A stretch of 64,000 nucleotides of DNA from Candidatus Latescibacterota bacterium (GTDB taxonomy: Bacteria; Latescibacterota; UBA2968; UBA8231), in assembly GCA_965223905.1 (NCBI GenBank), contig CBDCXV010000010.1, forward strand, positions 1,024,001 to 1,088,000, read 5' to 3'. The position numbers and the translations under genes are program-made. Below the pieces are notes generated by a model. That model had not been told where the DNA came from and ran no database searches. It was given only the letters and a program-made list of their open reading frames with translations. Below, piece after piece: positions 58,163 to 64,000 of this stretch (positions are counted from its first letter, which is position 1; each line of letters starts with the position of its first letter).

Positions 58163-58461
58163 GCTGAATGAGATGAATGCTCGTCTTGGCGCTTCTGGAA
58201 CAGCTCCACGCGCCTGCGGCCCACTGGGTCATAGATTTCATCAAACAAGCGCGGATAAATATCCCTGATTGGCCGTTGCAAAGCTGCCTCCAGCTTTATC
58301 ACGGTCTTGATGGATGGCAGTTTGCGGCCTGCCTCCATATGAGAAAGAGAGCTGACGCTTTCGTAGCCCATAATGCGCGCCAGTTCCCGCTGTTTCAGTC
58401 CCTTTTCCTTGCGTAATTGCCGAATTCGGTTTGGGTACCGAGTAGATGATGATCCCTCCAT
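58159..58461 (-). CDS. XRE-family HTH regulator
   Basis: NRIRQLRKEKGLKQRELARIMG..SLSHMEAGRKLPS. Confidence 0.9.
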   Translation of the reverse strand: MEGSSSTRYPNRIRQLRKEKGLKQRELARIMGYESVSSLSHMEAGRKLPSIKTVIKLEAALQRPIRDIYPRLFDEIYDPVGRRRVELFQKRQDEHSSHSA

Positions 58462-58749
58462 AGGATTATTGTATCGTGAGAATACGATTACTGCTGATAC
58501 GCTTTACAATACCAAACCCACCACCCTATCCAAGCGGGGCTGAGTTGTTTCAGGAGATACATTAGAGGAAACATGAATTCCAGATAAATAAGAGATGAAA
58601 TAGTCTTCAAGAGAGAGATGCCAAGTTGTGATTGATATACCCGCAGTTTCCTGTGAGCCTATCAATCGATATCACCCTGGTTGTCCACAGTTATTGATGC
58701 GGTTGAGCGAAAGCCGAGCTGTAAAGGTCATCTATTGCGGCTCTGCGCG

Positions 58750-59463
58750 TCATACGACAACACTACCTTCATATACTTTCAACGTGCATCCGATGTCTTT
58801 GGCAATAGAGGACGCCAACTTTTCATACTGTCTTGGGACTACTATGAAGTCTATATCTTCATTGGAAAATCTCAACGCGTAACAGATGTCCTTAGCATGG
58901 CCGGAAACATTGTCAAGAGTAATATCTCCCACTTTGGCATCATTCAGTTTGAAATTATCTCCCTTCATTCTCACATCAATAGGCAAACGCCATTCGCGCT
59001 GGTCGTAATTAGGAATTTCGTTACCGCACGTGTCCGTGTGGCTATACTCCTGTAGAAGAGCGAGTGCAAGTAAGAGAGCGTTCACTTGGTCTGCAGTGAT
59101 ATCTGTTTCATTCCACCCTGAATCCACTTCCTTGTCGTGCATTTACGCCGCAACTTTAAGCAGTGGATTGAAAACATCTTTAAGAGCCGCACAACTCACG
59201 TATGCGACTGGACGGACACCGTATTTGTACAGAGTTTCACGATTGAAACCGATTCCTATTTTGCCAAATTTCTGACAGATGAAACGGCAATCCTGCAGCG
59301 GTATCTCCGTGAAACACACCATGCGTATTTTGTACTTCGGATTCCCTCTGAAACGGTCTGCGTACGTGAGGCGCAATAAACGCGACTTGCATATGTTTCG
59401 GAGAACGTCAAGGGCTTCTGCTTCGGTTTTCCCGCGACCTGTCCAGTGAATCAATTGTCCCAT
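58750..59463 (-). pseudogene. AbiGi-like abortive-infection protein split by an in-frame TAA (59143-59145)
   Basis: LIHWT, MVCFTEIPL, FGKIGIGF, GVRPVAY in the first ORF; YDQREWR in the contiguous same-frame second ORF. Confidence 0.7.
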
Positions 59464-59564
59464 GATTTCGGCTCCGAGTTTGTGGTTTAATTAGTCTAAT
59501 AGAGTGTCCCTTCTGGCAACATCACCCCCATTGCCCGCACCCGCCCGCCCGATATCATAAAGGC

Positions 59565-59759
59565 ATGCAGCTTACCCAAGAAGCGCTCAACGAATTCAAA
59601 CAGATCTACCGCGAAGACCTCGGCATCAACCTTACCAATGAGGAGACGCTGGGCCTGGCCACTTCCTTTTTCAATCTCATGCAAGCCGTCTACCGTCCCC
59701 TTCCAGACGACGAATCCTATAGCGAAGATTGCACCCCCGACCAAGACGTGGTAGACTGA
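59565..59759 (+). CDS. Small helical protein upstream of the serine recombinase
   Basis: MQLTQEALNEFKQIYREDLGINLTNEE..LMQAVYRP; upstream TTGCCC..TATCAT promoter-like sequence. Confidence 0.65.
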   Translation: MQLTQEALNEFKQIYREDLGINLTNEETLGLATSFFNLMQAVYRPLPDDESYSEDCTPDQDVVD

Positions 59760-59930
59760 CCCCGTTGACCCGTCCACAGAGCAACCCGTAAGATTTTTGG
59801 TTCGCATTGCTGGCCCCAAAGGGGCGGTCTGCCAACAATACAACTCCTTACGGGGCGCGTGGGTTGGGTCAACCAGGCGCTCCTTTTGGTTTACCGTCCG
59901 AAGCTTCAGCAAGGACGGCTCCTCATCACT

Positions 59931-61712
59931 ATGAACCCACCATCATCAACCCCAATCAAATACCTCATCTACGCGCGCAAATCCGCGGAAAGCGAAGACA
60001 AGCAAGTCGCATCCATTGATTCCCAGATAAAGGAGCTGCAAGACATAGCCCAGCGTGACAATCTGGAGATAATTGACGTTCTCTCCGAATCCAAGTCTGC
60101 CAAGGCCCCGGGCAGGCCAGTATTTGGAGGCCTCATTGCCCGTGTTTCACGGGGCGATGCAAACGGTATCCTGTGCTGGAAGCTGGACAGGTTAGCCCGC
60201 AACCCGGTTGACGGCGGCAATATCAGCTGGATGCTCCAGCAAGGTCTGATTCAGCACCTCCAGACCCATGAGCGCGGCTACTATCCCACGGACAATGTGC
60301 TCATGATGGCCGTGGAACTTGGAATGGCCAATCAGTTCATCCGCGATTTGAGTGAGAATACCAAACGAGGACTACGCGCCAAAGTTGAGCAGGGCTGGTA
60401 TCCGGGTGTTGCCAAACCTGGATACTTGAATGAGTTCCATCGCCAGAAAGGCGAACGCACCACTCCAAAAGATCCAATCCTCTTCCGGCTGCTTAGGCGC
60501 GCCTTCAATCTCATCCTCGCCGGCCAGGCTCCATCGCAGATATTAGACAAGCTCAACAATGAGTGGGGATTTCGCACGCTCAAACGGAGAAAACTCGGCA
60601 ACAAGCCCCTTGCCCGTAGCACCTTGTATCGGATTCTCGCGGACCCCTTTTATTACGGCCGCTTTGAGTATCCAGAGGGCTCAGGCAACTGGTATCAGGG
60701 CAAGCATACGCCCATGATTACGGAGGATGAATTCTGGCACATGCAAGAGCTCTTGGGCAAAGAGGGCAGGCCTCGCCCCCAAAAGCGCACCTTTGCGTTT
60801 ACTGGGTTGATGTCCTGTGGCGAATGCAATGCTGCCATCACTGCTCATGCCAAAGAACAAGTCATCTGCTCGGTCTGCAAACGCAAGTTCGCCTGCAAGA
60901 ATCGCTCAGCTTGTCCAGCCTGCAATACCAACATCGCCGAAATGCGCGCGCCTAAACACTTACACTACGAATACTACCATTGCACCAAGCGCAAGATTCC
61001 CTCGTGCTCCCAGGGAGCCTTGGAAGTCAAGAAGCTTGAAGCCCAAGTCAGTGAACTTCTCGCGTCCCTCACCATCCCGGAGCGCCTCAAAGACTGGTAC
61101 CTGAAGCAAATAGAAAACGCAGCAGAAACAGAGATTGATGAACAGACCGCCGTCCGAAACTCCCTTCAGGATGCGATTGATGATTCCAAGAAGCGCGTCA
61201 ACAACCTACTGGCGCTCAAAATATCATCCCAAAATTCCAACGGCGACCTTTTGAGCGACGAAGAATTCGCTGCCCAGAGGACAGCGTTGACCCGTGAGAT
61301 GAACCAGCTCAAACAAAAAATGGCCAGCATAGAAAAACATGCCGACCACTGGAGAGACGCCTGTGCAAAGACCTTTAACTTCGCCTGTTGCGCCGAAGGC
61401 CACTTCAAAAATGGCTCACCAGAGACCAAACGAGCCATTCTCGCTGCCCTTGGTTTGAACCTAACTCTTATGAACAAAAAACCCCGAATTTCCTTGCACA
61501 AACACTTCATCTTGATGCAGAAAATCCACCAGGGAGTCAAAGCCCAAAACGGTAGGTTTGAACCTTAAAATTTCCGCCAACCTAAAGGAAAAAACAGGGT
61601 TCTTGACCCTGCTTTTTCCACATGGCTCCGAGGGTGGGACGAAGTTAGAACCCATTTCATGAAATCCACAACAAGTATCCGCATCCCCGACCTCACACCA
61701 CCAAATCCGTAG
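59931..61712 (+). CDS. Large serine recombinase; probable premature TAA at 61566-61568, frame continues to 61712
   Basis: YARKS, WKLDRLARN, recombinase domain, Zn ribbon with a CxxC insert, coiled coil. Confidence 0.9.
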
Positions 61713-61874
61713 ATCACCTCGCCTTATTGTAACGACCTGCAGACAATTGGTAAATCCACCGAACACCTCAATTGCCGCCGCATCCGACCATACGGCGACC
61801 TATTGCGAGAATTCCACGATTCCATTATACTGCCCATATAAGCACTATTAAGAAGCGGTACTATCACGGAGGCT

Positions 61875-62925
61875 ATGAACATGAACGATCCTAAAATCAC
61901 GTACTTTCCCGTCGGCAATGGAGACACCAGCCTGATTCGCCTCTCCGACGAGACCGACATCATTATTGACTGTAACATCACCGAGGAATCCCAGGACGAT
62001 TCGGAGAGCGCCCGCTACGATGTTCGCAGTCATTTGCTGAAATCCCTCAAGAAGAGGGATGGGGTCTCGTATGCAGACGCTTTTGTCCTAACTCACCCAG
62101 ACCAAGACCACTGCCGTGGATTTGCGGAGACCTTCTATACTGGCAATCCCGCCCAGTACAGCGATTCTCATAAACGGGATGGTCTCATTCTCATTGATGA
62201 ATTGTGGTTTTCGCCGCGCATTTTTTCTCCGCACGAGGATGAGCTGAGCGAACCTGCCAAGGCGTTCCACAAAGAGGCCAAGCGGAGAATGAAGCTCTAT
62301 CAGGACGGAGCGTCAGAGCGGAGCAACTCTGGCAACCGGCTCCGCATTATCGGCTACTCGGACAACCCTGAGCTTGAAGGCTTGGAAGCTATCATTACCG
62401 CGCCTGGCAACTATATCAATCTCATCAACGACAGCGTTAAGGATGACTTCTCGTTCTTTGTGCATGCTCCCTTCCGCAAGGATACTGATTCAAAATGGGG
62501 CGAGCGCAACGATACCAGCGTAGTCCTGCACACCCAATTTGAAGTAGATGGTGACGAGCGAGCTGGTTTAGCATTCTTCGGCGGTGACGCTGGATGCTCC
62601 ATATGGGAAGAGATCCTTGAAAAAAGTGATGACGATACTTTAGAGTGGGATTTGTTTATGGCGCCGCATCACTGCTCCTGGACTTTTTTCAGTGAAGAGC
62701 CTTACAAAGACAACCAAGTGCCGAGCGAGAAATCTTTGGAAATCCTCGGGAAGAAGCGCGAGGGGGCCCTTGTGGTGGCCCCCTGCAAGCCCATCAAAGA
62801 CGATGACGACAACCCGCCCCACTACGCCGCCGCCGAAGAGTATAAGGAAGTTGTCGGAGAGGAAAATTTTCTCGCCACGATGGAACACCCTGACGAGGAA
62901 CATCTGCTCCCAATTGAGTTTGAAA
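61875..62925 (+). pseudogene. ComEC/Rec2-like metallo-beta-lactamase-fold hydrolase, truncated by IS1380
   Basis: FPVGNGD, THPDQDH, NDTSVV, GGDA, APHHCS. Confidence 0.8.
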
Positions 62926-64000
62926 CCCTAACGTTGCATAAATCGGGCTTGGAACGTGTGCTTGCCGTCAAGCCGCCTTGTGAAGCGCGTCGATGAAATG
63001 CAACAAGTCGTTTTCGACCATGGGATTGGGGGTGAGCGTTAGCGTCAAGTTTCCCTGGGGCTGCGTGAGACGACCAGCGCGCTGGATGAAGCGGTGACGG
63101 AGGGTGTCCAGCGTCTGGAATAACCAGGCGGCCGGGCGCTTGGCACGGGAGTAAGTGGAACGCGGATGGGCCAGCATTTGTATCTCTCGTCCCAGGTTAT
63201 GCGCCATCATCGCACACAGCGTGACCATCTGGTTGCCGACCAACCGCCGGGTGGGGATCAAATCAAGGCCGGCGTGCTGCCTGGCCTCAGCGAAAATGCC
63301 TTCCTGAGAGCCGCGGCCATGGTGGAAGAGGAGCACGCTGCGAGCTGAGCCCATCTTGTTGGTGACGACGACGCGGTAGTCGTAGTCGACGACGCGGGGC
63401 TCGAACAGATCCAGTTGCAGGGGGCCCTTCACCTGGCGTCGCACCTGGTGTCGCACAAACAGGAAGCGGTATGTAGCCGGCCACGATTTCGGCTTCCAGT
63501 CGCTTTCGAAGTAGCAGCGCTCGCCATCCAGATGACGCCAGCGACGCCGCGACTCGATCATCTGCTTGAGCACGGCAAAGCGTTCGAAAGGGACGCTGAC
63601 TGTGCACTCGACGCCATACAGGTCCATGAGGGTCAGCGTCTTCTGGTTGAAGAAGGCACTATCCATGCGGGATTCGAGCACGACCTTGGGGAAGGCGGCA
63701 CGGACGCGGTCGAAGTTGACTATCATGAATTCATGCGCCCCCTTGCTGTCATGGACATTGCCGGATCGGTGAAGGACATCGAGAAACTGTCCGGTCTGAG
63801 CCACGGTGGCAAACAGGTTGTAGTAACTGCGGGCGCCCTTCTTCTTGGTGTTGTATCCGACGGCGGTGCCTTCGGCGTGTCCCTGCGTAGACACCACCGA
63901 GCCATCGAAGTCCAGGGTCAAGCGGGCCAGCTGTTCCCGCTCCAGGCCCTCGACCACCAGCGCTGAAGAAAGCGCGCGCACCTGCTCGACACTCTTTCGA
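62926..64000 (-). mobile_element. IS1380 family element; transposase 62968..>64000 runs off the window
   Basis: [27 protein letters not shown]; end ccctaacgttgcat. Confidence 0.9.

Larger units (their letters stand above)
57571..62925. mobile_element. Lower-GC integrative element remnant (serine-recombinase type)
   Basis: Abrupt GC drop; rep-like, XRE and LSR genes plus defence-like cargo; both ends cut by IS. Confidence 0.75.

Noticed and set aside
59143-61568. TAA recoding in the island (two in-frame TAA stops)
   Set aside because: Only two cases, in an element also disrupted by IS; single-base nonsense decay is far simpler, and TAA reassignment is not established in bacteria.
61623-61652. 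A tRNA gene on the minus strand
   Set aside because: Only the 3'-terminal ~17 nt are tRNA-like; there is no anticodon or D arm.

Overview
High-GC (visually about two-thirds) bacterial genome segment. Its content (three PhyH dioxygenases, a sulfatase, a WD40 protein with a FlgD/'PNPFN' tail, an RRM protein) resembles Latescibacterota/Gemmatimonadota/Poribacteria-type genomes; this assignment is inference. It holds metabolic genes, two ECF sigma loci, a nested IS graveyard (ISKra4-like/IS110/IS3) and a tandemly duplicated ytrA-like GntR-ABC module. It also carries a Hen1-Pnkp RNA-repair operon divergent from a HicAB toxin-antitoxin pair, an ATP-grasp/larE-like/def/tRNA-Asp cluster, a Liv-type ABC transporter and several CTAG-ended MITEs. 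From about 57.6 kb there is a lower-GC, decaying integrative element bounded by ISL3 and IS1380. It contains rep-like and XRE genes, a small helical ORF, a large serine recombinase with a tRNA-like att site in its 3' end, and AbiGi-like and MBL defence-like cargo, and its architecture looks Patescibacteria (CPR)-like. The best candidates for something undescribed are this CPR-type element, the shared HicAB/Hen1-Pnkp control region, and the ATP-grasp + larE-like pair. Family assignments come from motif recognition only; no searches were run.
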